This document shows positions 22,191-32,844 of a stretch of 64,000 nt of DNA, piece by piece; the stretch's first letter is position 1; each line of letters opens with the position of its first letter. The DNA is from Rebecca billardiae RCC1528. Lineage: Eukaryota; Protista; Haptophyta. Position numbers and translations under genes: made by a program. The notes under the pieces were generated by a model that saw only the letters and a program-made list of their open reading frames with translations, did no database searches and had not been told where the DNA came from. The DNA lies in assembly GCA_965240325.2 (NCBI GenBank), contig OZ251246.1, positions 310,001 through 374,000 on the forward strand. The letters run 5' to 3'.

Positions 22191-23316
22191 TTGTAGCCGT
22201 CGTCGTCATCATTTCTCCGCCGCGCGGCTTCGCGTCATCGTCATCATCGCACTCAGTCTCACTCTCATGCATCAGCGATCAGGCATCAGCAGCGCGCAGT
22301 ATAATAATAAATAAGAGCATATGGGCGGTCGCCCATATCGTCATCTCGTCGTCAGATGTCATCATATATATCATCATCATCATCATCAGATATATACCGC
22401 CGCCAGATACTGATGATGCGCGCTAGCAGATAGCGCTAGATAACTAGTACGACTCACTACATATACTCTTAGTGACTCTACGGGGGGTCCCCAACAATTG
22501 TTCGGACACTGATTTTTGCTGACGTGCTACGGCTGCTGACGATGAGATGGGCCAGAGGCTCTCATTAGCGCCATGGACCTTACTCCTCGGATGACGACAG
22601 GAAGTGGTTGCAGCGAGCGGCGCGCTCTGCGTGTGGCCAGGGCTGGCTTGGATGTACAGCTCAACCAACTAGCGGTTGGCTCTGAGCAGGTCCACGGAGC
22701 CCCCGTGAGTGGCATGCATGCTGAAATTCGTATCTGGCGCACCGTGGTTGCATTTGACGGCGGGCGGGTTGGTGTGCGCACTGGTGGGCCTCCGGCTCCA
22801 GCGTTCGCTGCGGGTAGTGGCGCCGAGTGTAGCCCTTGCCTGCACGGCCAGAGCCGATCGACTGGCTGTGCAGCAGCTGTGCAAGAGAGGTGTGCAACTG
22901 GTAGGCTGGACCGATCGGGCCGTATATGCTCCTGGTGTAGCGCTACGCCCGGGCTCGCCCAGGGCTGTCGAGCGCATGTCGCATAGTCACCGCGACCATG
23001 CCACGTTATAATATCTGGGCGGCCTTGAGCGGGCTTGCTGGCTATAGACATACGCAGAATCCACACGGCTGCTTCACGGCCCTCACGACCAGCCTTGTGC
23101 CGACTGTCCGCATGACCCAGAGGGGTGCTCAACGCGGGCTGCCCCGGCTATGCGCGGTCGCAGATAGACCCAATGGGGTGCACACGAGCCGAGCTGGCCG
23201 CTCCTGCCCCCGCGCGAGGCAGCCACAGCCACAGGCCGTACGCTGAGCTGCTGCCCAATAAAGTGTCCAGCAGTTTAATAATGTTATATATATATTAAAT
23301 ATTGGAGACCCTACTG

Positions 23317-23439
23317 TTGCGTCTGAGGTCATGGGTTCAAACCCGAGTTTCCAGGTCTCTCTTCGGAGAGCGTGCGATGAAGGATGGCGCGGCAACCTGC
23401 CACCTTGAGCCTTACGCACGTTAAAACGCAAATAAACTG
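23317..23439 (+). mobile_element. 5'-truncated tRNA-derived SINE copy
   Basis: Matches the reverse complement of 29524-29645. Retains the B-box GGTTCAAACCC and the AAATAAACTG 3' end. Confidence 0.75.
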
Positions 23440-23592
23440 CTGCTCGATCTGTATAGACGTCTGCTGACGTGTAGCAGTGACTGACTAGCTGAGTCAGCAG
23501 CAGACGAGTGCTGCCATCCATCATCAGATCGACAGGCGTGAGACGAGCAGACTGCGCGCTGTGCTTATCAGCTTATTATAATAATGAATTAT

Positions 23593-25714
23593 GGCCCGCG
23601 GTGCAGGGCGGAGCGCGTAGCGTGGAGCCCCGCCGGGGGCCCTCACTACGTTGTCAAAAAGCAGATCTTTTGATCAAAGAAAAGGGGACGGGGGACGATT
23701 TTGAGGGCTGTTGGAGGGTGAGTTTTCGCTTTTTCGAGGGGTACATTCGCCCATTGCTCTGCATTAGCAAGACGCGATTGACGAAATAGCCGCGCCCGGG
23801 CCATTTCGCATATGTCGATGGACGGACGTGCATTTGTCAGTATATCTGGGTGAACGAATCTGCGATTTGTTGTAAATCTTCATAGCATATTGCCAAATAG
23901 GACGAGGACCCAGCGCGTGCGCTGGAGGTCCTGGGCTCCTGGCAAAAAGTCTTCGTCAAGTACTCAACTTTACTAACGACGAACCTTTATTGCGCGGTGC
24001 CAAATTACTCAACTTTACACCTGAATGACCCCAGTGGGCGGAAATGGCCATATCTCCCGGAGATCGGGAGTACTCACACGTGTGAGTCATGTTTCGTCCT
24101 TTTTCCCGAGACGTTGATTGGTCAAACGCTCAGCATTCTATGTCCACAATTCCATATCGACACAACACAACTCCTACCAACCTGTGTACTAAAAACCTTG
24201 GGTTAGCTGCACAACGACCAATCAGCGCGCAGCGAGCGGAGAGACTCGAAAACCGAGAATCACTCACGCATTTACTATGATGTTTGCTCTTCGCCCATGC
24301 CAACTTTGCTATTGACAAAAACGCAGCGGCTTGGTTACGACCCATAGAAAGACGACCACCAATCAGCACACAGCAAACGAGACAACCTTCACTTTCGAGC
24401 GGGCGAAAGGAGCTTTGGCCTTCAACCCGCAGGCATATGCGTTCTGGCGCTGGCCTTCGTTCGGCGCCCGAGCATCATCGGTAGACGTGTGGCGTGCCGG
24501 CCCACGGTCCGCCGCCCTCGCCCTGCTCATCTTCATCGTCTCCTCATCCTCCTCGTCGTCCGCGCCGCCGCCGTGCGCCAGCGCCTCCGCCAGCGCGGCG
24601 CCGCGCAGGTGCTCGCGGAACAGCGCGACGGCGCCAGAGCGCGCCGGCCGGCGTGGCGCCGGCGGGCGGGCGCGCGGCGCTCAGCGCGGTGCCGAGCAGC
24701 CCGCCGAGCGCGCGCAGCTGCGCACCCGCCGGCAGCTCGAGCAGCGCCGCGTGGCACGCGCCCGCGCCGGCGGCGCCGAGCTCCGCGCACAGCACGGACA
24801 GCCCTCGTGCCCACGCCGCCGCGCGCCCGCCCGCGCCCGCGGCGTGCAGCGCGCCGAGCGCGGCGCCGAGCGCGGCGCGCGCTGCGGACGTGTCGGCGGC
24901 GCACAGCGCACCCGCCACCGCGCCCAGTGCACACGCGGCACACGCGAGCAGCTTGAGCACGCTCGCGCATGCCAACTGCGAGTGCGGAGGCGCTGGGCGC
25001 CGAGCTGGCGAAGCGCGGCGCCGAGCTCGACGCGCTGCGCGACGCGGAGACGGACGCGCTGGGCGCGCGTGGCGCCCTCGTCGCGACGCCCCGTGCAGCA
25101 GCTCGAGCAGCCAGCTGTGGAGTAGACGGCCGTCGAGGCGATCGGCGCCGGGCGCCAGCGCGCACGGGCTCAGCCCGTGCCGCTGGCTCGGGCCGCCGCA
25201 GCCGTCTTCGAGGCCGACGCGGCGGAGGAGGCGGCGGGCGAGCACGGCGGCGCGGTGGAGCAGGCGCGCACGCGCGGCGGCAGGCGCGACGCGCCGCTCG
25301 CCTCGTTCCACCCCGAGCTCCGCTCGGTCTCGGTGCGCGGCTGCCGGCAGCGCAGGCCGGGGCAGCACTGCGCGGCGCGCGCTCTCGCTCCGTCTGCCGG
25401 CACGAGGTGCGCCGGCTGAGTGAGCGACCAGCGGCCCGTCGTCGAGCGCATGGCGCCGCGCGAGCACGTCAAGCAGACTGTGCGCCCGCACGCGCGCACG
25501 CGCTGGCCCGCGCCGCGCGGCGCCTATCGCCCTGCCTGCGCGCGCGCGCCGCCCCGCGGCGGCCGCTTCCCCGCGCGGCGGCCCGCCGGCGACAGTCCTC
25601 GGCCCGCCGGCCCGGTGGGCGGTAACTGAGTTGTGGCGGTGGCAGCTCCGAGGCAAACGAACTGTTACACATGTCCGACTGAGACAGCAGCCGACGGAGG
25701 GTGCACCGCGGGCC
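23593..25714. mobile_element. Possible Harbinger-like non-autonomous element carrying scrambled gene fragments
   Basis: 13-bp inverted termini GGCCCGCGGTGCA (23593) and TGCACCGCGGGCC (25702-25714), next to TTA and CTAA. The interior is a low-GC non-coding block plus frameshifted coding-like pieces on both strands. Confidence 0.35.
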
Positions 25715-26035
25715 CCTAACTGCGTTGGTTCTACGGAAGGACCGCGGAACGCGGTCATTATATTATATTTGTCCGAGTCGTCGCGTCGTCATCATCATAC
25801 ATCATATCGCGCGTTGATCGATCATCGCGTCGCGCCGCCAGCATCAGCTCATGGCATGATGACTCGAGACATAATCAGCAGACGACACGTCCGTGGCACA
25901 GCAAGTGATGATGACGTCGCCGGGCGCCGCACAGCATCACTCAAGTCAGGCGGCACGCGGCAGCGGCGGCGTGGACTTTCGGCAGGGCCTCGGCCTCGCC
26001 GCGGGATCGGCCCGCCCTCCTCGCGTCCGCCCCAG

Positions 26036-27568
26036 CTACCCAAAGCTGCGATTCGGCGGGCAGCGCAGCCCGCTCCCGTCCACGTGCATGTCCGCCGGCG
26101 CGGCCGCGACGGCGGCGCTGTCGTACTCGGACGCGTCGTCGTGCTGATAATGGCCGTCGGCGGGCTCGACGCCAGCGAGGAGGTCCTCGACCGACGAGGC
26201 GCGGAGCATCGAGACGATGGACACGCGGCTCGTCGGCCGCGACATGAGCGGCGACGCGGCGATCTCGACGGGCTCGGCGTGGTCGACCGCGAACGAGCAG
26301 CCGACCGCCGCGGCCAGCGCGGACGTGAGAACCGCCATGCCGAGCATGACGACGGCCATGATCCACGCAGGCGCGGGCTCCGCGGTCGTCCCGGACGCGG
26401 CGACGCGCGTGTACGCGCAGCCCACCGCCGAGAGCACCGCGCTGGCCACCACGCCGCGCAGCGCGAGGACGAGGCCGGCCGCGCCACCCGCGTGCGTCGG
26501 GTGCCGCTCGGCGGCGATGGTCAGACACTGCACCGTGATCAGCCCCCGGCCGAACGCGTAGCCAAAGGCCGGAAGCACGAGGGAGAGCCAGGGGCTGATG
26601 CGGCGCGCGGCGGCGGGCCAGCTGAGCCCGAGCATCAGCGCCGACGAGCCGAGCGCCGCCAGCGCGCCCGCGCGCAGCGTCGCCGAGTGCGAGCACGCCC
26701 GGCACAGCCACCCCGTGGACAGGAGCGGCGACATCAGCGAGCCGGCGACATAGAAAGCCGCATTTGCCGCGTACGCGAGCGAGTACACGCGCGGAGCGAG
26801 ACGGTACGTCTCCTGCAGCACGGAGGAGCTGCTGACGAGGAAGGTCATGTGCCCGCTGTAGCTGAGCGCCTCCGCGGCCACCACGCCGACGAAGACGAGA
26901 TCGGACAGGAGGGCGTGCACCTCGTGCTTCAAATCGAGCAGCACGCGGCGCGCGCTCGCGCTCGCGCGCGGGGCTGGCAGCCGGAGCGCGCAGCAGACGC
27001 ATGCGCACGCGCACGCGGCGAGCGCGACGTTCGTCGAGAACGTCGCGCGCCAGCCGAGCCACATGCCCAGCTGCGCCCCCGCCACCGGGCCGATCACAGC
27101 CGAGAGCGCGCGCGTGGCGCTCAGCACGCCGGTCACCCGCTCGCGCGCCGGCTTTGAGAGCCAGAGCTCAGGGACGACCGCCTGCGCGATCACGACAGGC
27201 GGCCCCGCGGCGAGGCCGTGCACCAGCCGGAGCGCCTGCAGCACGGCGACGCTCGGCGCGAGCGCGAGCGCGCTCGCGGTGAGCATGTGCGCGCACAGCG
27301 CGCCAACAAGCACCGGCCGCCTGCCGACGGCGTCAGACAGCGCGCCAAAGACGAACTCTCCGAGGCCGTAGCCCGCGAGAAAGAAGGAGACGGTGAGGTG
27401 CATGCTGCCGAGGTCGGCGCCGAAGTGCGCCGCCATCTGCGGCAGGACGGGCACGTTCAGGTCCACGGAGAGCGGGCCCTGCAGCGTGATCAGGTTCAGG
27501 GCGAGCAGCGCGATGGCGCCGTTGCGCGGGCGCAGGAGCGGCTCGTTGGAACACGAATCGGCATGCAT
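26036..27568 (-). CDS. MFS transporter, DHA1 Bcr/CflA-like drug:H+ antiporter
   Basis: ATG at 27568. LSVDLNVPVLPQMAAHFG, MFS motif A GALSDAVGRRPVL, VIGPVAG, about 12 TM segments; intronless. Confidence 0.88.
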   Translation of the reverse strand: MHADSCSNEPLLRPRNGAIALLALNLITLQGPLSVDLNVPVLPQMAAHFGADLGSMHLTVSFFLAGYGLGEFVFGALSDAVGRRPVLVGALCAHMLTASALALAPSVAVLQALRLVHGLAAGPPVVIAQAVVPELWLSKPARERVTGVLSATRALSAVIGPVAGAQLGMWLGWRATFSTNVALAACACACVCCALRLPAPRASASARRVLLDLKHEVHALLSDLVFVGVVAAEALSYSGHMTFLVSSSSVLQETYRLAPRVYSLAYAANAAFYVAGSLMSPLLSTGWLCRACSHSATLRAGALAALGSSALMLGLSWPAAARRISPWLSLVLPAFGYAFGRGLITVQCLTIAAERHPTHAGGAAGLVLALRGVVASAVLSAVGCAYTRVAASGTTAEPAPAWIMAVVMLGMAVLTSALAAAVGCSFAVDHAEPVEIAASPLMSRPTSRVSIVSMLRASSVEDLLAGVEPADGHYQHDDASEYDSAAVAAAPADMHVDGSGLRCPPNRSFG

Positions 27569-28207
27569 GGCGGGCGTGGCGTGAACGGCGAGGCCGGGTC
27601 CGGCGTCGAGCGATCGTGTCGCGGCCGCGTTTGGCGGCGGAGGAGGCACGCGCCGTCCCGGCTGGGTGCGCGCCCGCCAGCTCACGGCCACCCTCAGGTG
27701 CGAGCGCGCGCGTAGTCCCGCCGCGTCGGTCCAGGGCCGCGAGCGCGAGGACCGCGTGGCTGCCCACCCGCGTACGGCCGGCCGGTCAACGACTGCCCCA
27801 ACCGGAAAAGATGGGGCGCAAACGCAATGCTAAAAAGAATACTGTGCCCAGTTTCGTCATCGCCAAAACCTGCTCACCAGCGTCGCCGTCTACCGTAGTC
27901 CGTACGACGACGTGCGTCCAATGATACGTATGTCTTAGTCGTCTATATATACAGAGAGAAGGCACGATAGGCACGTACTAGGGTGTCATCACCATCATCA
28001 TCTAGCTAATAAGCTATATAGTTCATCATCCGATGCGATGAGTGATCAGACCGATTCTGCTGCTGGCATATATCGTCGGGGGCGACCGCGGTCCGGTCGG
28101 CTCCGCCGTCCGCGCGACGACGCGGCCCGGGCGCGAGCAGGGAGTGACCCTGCTGCACTGCAGCAGTCGAGCATTGGCATGGCAGCCGTGGCCGTGATGG
28201 CGGCAGA

Positions 28208-29386
28208 CTACTGCACAGCAGGCTCGGCGGCGGCAGACGCTTGACCTGTTGCCTGTTCCGCGCACCAACTGTGGCAGTGAGGCTTGTGCACCTTCCACGA
28301 GCTGCGCAGGTGCTCACGCGAGCAGAAGACCGCCACGTGGCACCGCTCGCACTTCTTCAGACCACGGCCTGTGTGTGCGCAGGCAATGCAGCACTGGGAG
28401 ACCACCTCTGGGTCTCCAGCGACCATAGCCAGTGCATTGCACGCTTGACCTCTGAGGTTGGGATCGAGCACTTGGGCACGGCGCAGCAGCCGCGCGCCCT
28501 CCTCCACATCACGCTCCACTCCATCACCCATCAGCGTCAGCCGTCCCAGCAAGATGTATGCAGGTGCGCACCCGCCATCAGCAGCCAAGCGAAACAAGCG
28601 CGCCGCCTCGCCCAAGTCCTGCTGCACGCCCTCGCCTCGCACGTAGCACACACCCAGACCGTTCTGCGCATTCTCGTGGCCCTGCTCGGCGGCGAGCCGG
28701 TACAAGCGCCCTGCCTCGCCCTCATCCCGCTGCACACCATTGCCATGCCCGTAGCAACAGCCCAAATTGCTCTGCGCTCGAGCATAGCCCTGCTCGGCCG
28801 CCAGCCGGTACCAGCGCTCTGCCTCGCGCTCATTCTGCTGCACACCCTCGCCTCGCAAATGGCACGCGCCCAGCTTGCTCTGCGCTGGGGCAAAGCCCTG
28901 CTCGGCGGCCAGCCGGTACCAGCGCGCTGCCTGGCCCGAATTCTGCTGCACACCCTCGCCTATCTCGTAGCACGCGCCCAGGTTGTACTGCGCGCCAGCA
29001 TGGCCCTGCTCGGCCGCCAGCCGGAACCAGCGCACTGCCTCGCCCAGATCCTGCTGCACACCCTCGGCATGCCAGTAGCAACAGCCCGGCCTAAACTGCG
29101 CCTGATCATAGCCCTGGTCGGCCCCCAGCCGGCACCAGCGCGCGGCTGCCTCGAGGTCCACGGGCTGACCAAGCTCGCCTTTCGCGCAGATGCGGCCCAT
29201 CCTCGCCTGCGCCTCGGCAAAGCCGCGCTCGGCGGCGAGGGTGTACAGGCGAAAGGCTTCGCGCTCGTCCTGCGCGATGCCGTCACCCTCCTCAGCCCGC
29301 CGCGCCAGAAGGAACGTCGCACGCGCGTCGCCGCGCCCCGACTTGCGCCGGAGCATCCCGACCGCCGCGGAAGCGTCCGCCGCCAT
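28208..29386 (-). CDS. Sel1-like repeat protein with C-terminal MYND zinc finger
   Basis: About 8 Sel1 repeats (AQYNLGACYEIGEGVQQ..AARWYRLAAEQG). MYND finger CIAC...KKCERCHVAVFCSREHLRSSWKVHKPHC. Confidence 0.92.
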   Translation of the reverse strand: MAADASAAVGMLRRKSGRGDARATFLLARRAEEGDGIAQDEREAFRLYTLAAERGFAEAQARMGRICAKGELGQPVDLEAAARWCRLGADQGYDQAQFRPGCCYWHAEGVQQDLGEAVRWFRLAAEQGHAGAQYNLGACYEIGEGVQQNSGQAARWYRLAAEQGFAPAQSKLGACHLRGEGVQQNEREAERWYRLAAEQGYARAQSNLGCCYGHGNGVQRDEGEAGRLYRLAAEQGHENAQNGLGVCYVRGEGVQQDLGEAARLFRLAADGGCAPAYILLGRLTLMGDGVERDVEEGARLLRRAQVLDPNLRGQACNALAMVAGDPEVVSQCCIACAHTGRGLKKCERCHVAVFCSREHLRSSWKVHKPHCHSWCAEQATGQASAAAEPAVQ

Positions 29387-29523
29387 GACCGCCTCCTCTC
29401 TGTCCCGCTGTAGTGCTGTGCTGACACTGGCACAGTGCTGACACCGACTTTACAAGTACTGCTGTAGTACTTGTACAGTAGTACTGTAGAACCATCAGCC
29501 GAACAGTACTACTGTATCATGTA

Positions 29524-29682
29524 CAGTTTATTTGTTTTAACGTGCGTCGTAAGGCTCACGGTGGCAGGTTGCCGCGCCATCCTTCATCGCACGCTCTCCG
29601 AAGAGAGAACTGGAAACTGGTTTTGAACCCATGCCCTCAGACGCAAGAGCACGCCAGTACTCCCACTCGGCCACAGACCGGC
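29524..29682 (-). mobile_element. Full-length tRNA-derived SINE (~160 bp)
   Basis: Minus-strand A-box TGGCCGAGTGG (29673-29663) and B-box GGTTCAAAACC (29629-29619) are 33 nt apart. 3' end AAATAAACTGTAC is followed by simple ACTGT/AGTAC repeats. Three copies in the window; no tRNA acceptor stem. Confidence 0.8.
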
Positions 29683-29735
29683 GTACAGTTTATTTGTTGT
29701 TGTAACGTGCGGAACGCAGGCTCACGGTGGCAGGT
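29683..29735 (-). mobile_element. 3' fragment of the same SINE in tandem
   Basis: GTACAGTTTATTTGTT...GGCTCACGGTGGCAGGT repeats 29521-29570. Confidence 0.65.
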
Positions 29736-29775
29736 CGCAGGCTGCCGGCCCCGTGAGCCGACAGCATGTCGGTCG

Positions 29776-30705
29776 TCAGCACAGCGTGAGCGCGAGATGC
29801 TCGAGCACGAGGCTGTACACGCCGAAGAACACCGCGCCCGACGCCGCGAACAGCACCGCGCGCGGCCGCCAGCCGCGGAAGAGCGCGGCGAGGCTGCCCT
29901 CGCGAGATACAATCTCGCGCGCGCTCGCGAGCACACTTCGCACCGGCGCCGGCGTGCTCGGCGTGCTCGCAGCGCCTGCCGCGGGCAGTCCGCGTGGCGT
30001 CGCAACCTGCCGCCGCGTGTTGAGCATGTCGAGCGGCTGCGTGAGTAGCGCGACCAACGCCCCCGTCAGCGCGCCACACGGCGGCCCGACGAGCCGCGCG
30101 CGCGCGGGCGACACGAGCGCGCGCGCACAGCGCAGCAGAATTCCATACAGCGTGAAATGGAGGGCGTTGTACGGGACATTGCGGTACAGCGTCGTGGCGT
30201 AGCCCGCGAAGTGCGCCAAGGGCGCGCGTCGCGCGGAGGCCAGCGCCGCGGGCAGGCTCTCGTACCCGGCCAGCCGCAGCTGCGAGCGGTGCTTGAGACA
30301 CTCAGCGGGGACGCCTACGACTGTTGCTGCGATCGAGGCGGCCGAAGCGGCGAGCGCGGTCGCGGCGTCGGCGGCGCGCGGCGCGAGGAGGCGGTCGAGC
30401 GGGCGCACGGTCAGCGTGCTCGTCGTGTGGAACGCCATCGCGTACGGTAGCGCGCAGAGCAGAGACACGCCGAGGCCGCAGTACAGCCGGCGGAGTGGCG
30501 GCGCACCCACTGCAGCACCGTCGGCGGCGCCGGCCTCGCCGTCCGCTCGCCGCTCGTCGACCTCGGCGAGCGTCGTGAGCGTGTCCAGCGGGAAGAAGAG
30601 GACGGTCTTCGCCACCCCGCCCGCGAAGCCCGCGGCCACATCGGCGAGCAGCGGTGGGCGCGCCACGGATGCTGCCAGCAGCACGCACACGACCGCCGCC
30701 GCCAT
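29776..30705 (-). CDS. Mitochondrial carrier family (SLC25) protein, SAM-carrier-like, with N-terminal signal-like peptide
   Basis: Three carrier signatures PLDTLTT, PAECLKHR and PLDMLNTR, plus YRNVPYNALHF and LFRGWRPR. N-terminus MAAAVVCVLLAASVA. Confidence 0.85.
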   Translation of the reverse strand: MAAAVVCVLLAASVARPPLLADVAAGFAGGVAKTVLFFPLDTLTTLAEVDERRADGEAGAADGAAVGAPPLRRLYCGLGVSLLCALPYAMAFHTTSTLTVRPLDRLLAPRAADAATALAASAASIAATVVGVPAECLKHRSQLRLAGYESLPAALASARRAPLAHFAGYATTLYRNVPYNALHFTLYGILLRCARALVSPARARLVGPPCGALTGALVALLTQPLDMLNTRRQVATPRGLPAAGAASTPSTPAPVRSVLASAREIVSREGSLAALFRGWRPRAVLFAASGAVFFGVYSLVLEHLALTLC

Positions 30706-30792
30706 CGCCGCAATCAGGCCATGAGTGATTGGAGTGATGAACAGTGGCCGTCCGGCCGTCCGGCACTTCTGAAGCCGTCCCATGCGCAATCC

Positions 30793-32789
30793 ATGATGGC
30801 GGCGAACCACCCGCCGAAGCGCCAGCGGACGTCGGCCGCGGCGCCCGCGGCCGCGGCGGCGAGCGAGGGCGCGGCGGAGGCGGAGGAGGACGACGAGGCG
30901 ATCGCGAGCGTGCTCACGCTGCTCGAGCTCTGCGCCCGCGACCTCGCCGCGCGCCTAGACGAGCTGCCGCCGGCGCGCGTGCGCTCGCTGCCCGAGCGCG
31001 CGCGCGCGCGCGTGCTCGCGCACGCGGTGCGCGCGCGCTCGCTGCGCGAGGCGCACCTGCCGCTCTTCCTGCCGGCGTCCGAGCTCGTCCTCGCCGGCGC
31101 CGACGTGCACGACGCCGGCGTGCTCACCGTCGCCAGGGCGTGCGGCGTCTCGCTCACGGCCCTCGACGTGACCAGCTGCGTACGCGTGCACGACCGCGCG
31201 GTCTCTGAATTAGCGCGGCGGTGCCCGCGGCTGCGCTCGCTCGCGGCGGCGCAGTGCCGGCTCACCGACGCCACGCCGCTCGCCCTCGCCGCCTGCTGCC
31301 CCGCGCTCGACGCGCTCGACCTCAGCTGGAACGGTACTGGCATTACTGACGTGGGTATCCTCGCGCTCGCGCGCGGCTGCGGACGGCTGCGCACGGTCGG
31401 CCTCGCGGCGTCGCGCGTGAGCGACGCGGGGCTCGACGCGCTCGCGACGGCGTGCGCCGGCCTCGTCGAGCTCGACGTGCGCCAGTGCGCCGCGCTCACC
31501 GAGGCGGGCCTCTGCCGCGCGCTCAGCCGGTGCGCGCACCTCGCGCGCGCGCCGCTCAGCGCGTTTAGTCAACTGAGTGACCTGAGCGTGGCGAGTCTCG
31601 TGGCGGGCTGCCCGCGGCTGCGCGAGGTGGACGCGTCGATGTGCGCGTCGCTGAGCGACGTCGCGCTCGCGCTGCTCGCCGCGGGGCTCCCGGCCCTCCA
31701 GCGCCTCGACGCCTTCGGCGCGCCCAAGCTGCAGAGCCCTCATATTGCTTCGCCGTCGCTCCGATATTTGAACCTGTCCGGGTGCCGCGCGCTGAGCGCG
31801 CCCCGGATCTTGTGCCCCGCGCTGGCGGACGCGCGCTTTCGGAACTGCCGCGAGCTCGGCGTGCCCACCCTCGCCGAGCTCTGCGCGACCTGCGCCGCGC
31901 TGCGCGCCCTCGACGCCTCCGGCTGCCAGCGCGTGGGTCAACTGTCGCTCGCATCCGCAGGCCTGCAGGTGAGCACGCGGCACGCGGCGGCGCGCGTTGC
32001 GCGCGGTGACGCGCGCGGGGATGGGCGGGCGCGCGGCGCGGTGGGGAGGCGGGCCGGGCGGGGTCTCTGCGCGCGCGGCGGCGCGCCCCGACGTGGCTGC
32101 GGCTCGGCGCGCGACGCGCGCTGCGAGCCTCGTGCTCAGGCGCGCCGCCTGCGCGCCGCGGGCTGCGGACCCGCCACCGCCCCGCCGCCCGCCCGCCCGC
32201 CCGCCCGCCACCGCCGCGATCGCCGCCGCCCGCCGCGCAGGTGCTGTCGCTGAGCGGCTGCGCCAAGCTGTCCTCGCTCAGCCTGCGCTGCCCGCGGCTG
32301 CGCACGCTGCGCCTGATTGGCTGCTCGGCGCTCTCAGACGCGGAGCTCAGCACCGGACTTTCCGGCTGCCCGGACTTGACGAAACTGGACGTGTCGGGCT
32401 GCGGGCTCCTCAGCGCGCCGCGCGTGCCGACGCGCGCGCTGCGCGAGCTGCGCATCCGGACGGACTCGGCGACGGGGCCGGCGGCGGTGCCGCCGGAGGC
32501 GTGGGCTGGCTGCTGGGACGGCGGCACGGCCGCCGGCGCACCGCGCGGCGCCGAGCCGGTGGCGCTGCGCGCACTCGTGTGCGCGGCCGGCCCAGCAAAT
32601 GGCTCGCTCGGGACGAGTGTGCTGGGGTTGGCTAGGGCGTTGCCGGGGCTGCGCCGGCTGGATCTCGTGCGGCAGGTGGTCGTGGGCTCGGCGGCGGGCG
32701 GCGGCCCCGGCTCGAGCAGGCTGAGTGGCAGCAGCGGTGGCGGCGGCAGCGGCGGCGGCCCGAGCGCTAGCGGCGGGCGAAGGAGCGGC

Positions 32790-32844
<55 letters not shown>

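Noticed and set aside
22499-23272. Possible solo LTR (TG...CA, imperfect GGACAC/GTGTCC ends, AATAAA near the end)
   Set aside because: No target-site duplication and no second copy in the window, so it cannot be supported.
29605-29682. tRNA gene
   Set aside because: A and B boxes are present but no acceptor stem pairs, and the sequence continues into a repeated body; a SINE fits better.
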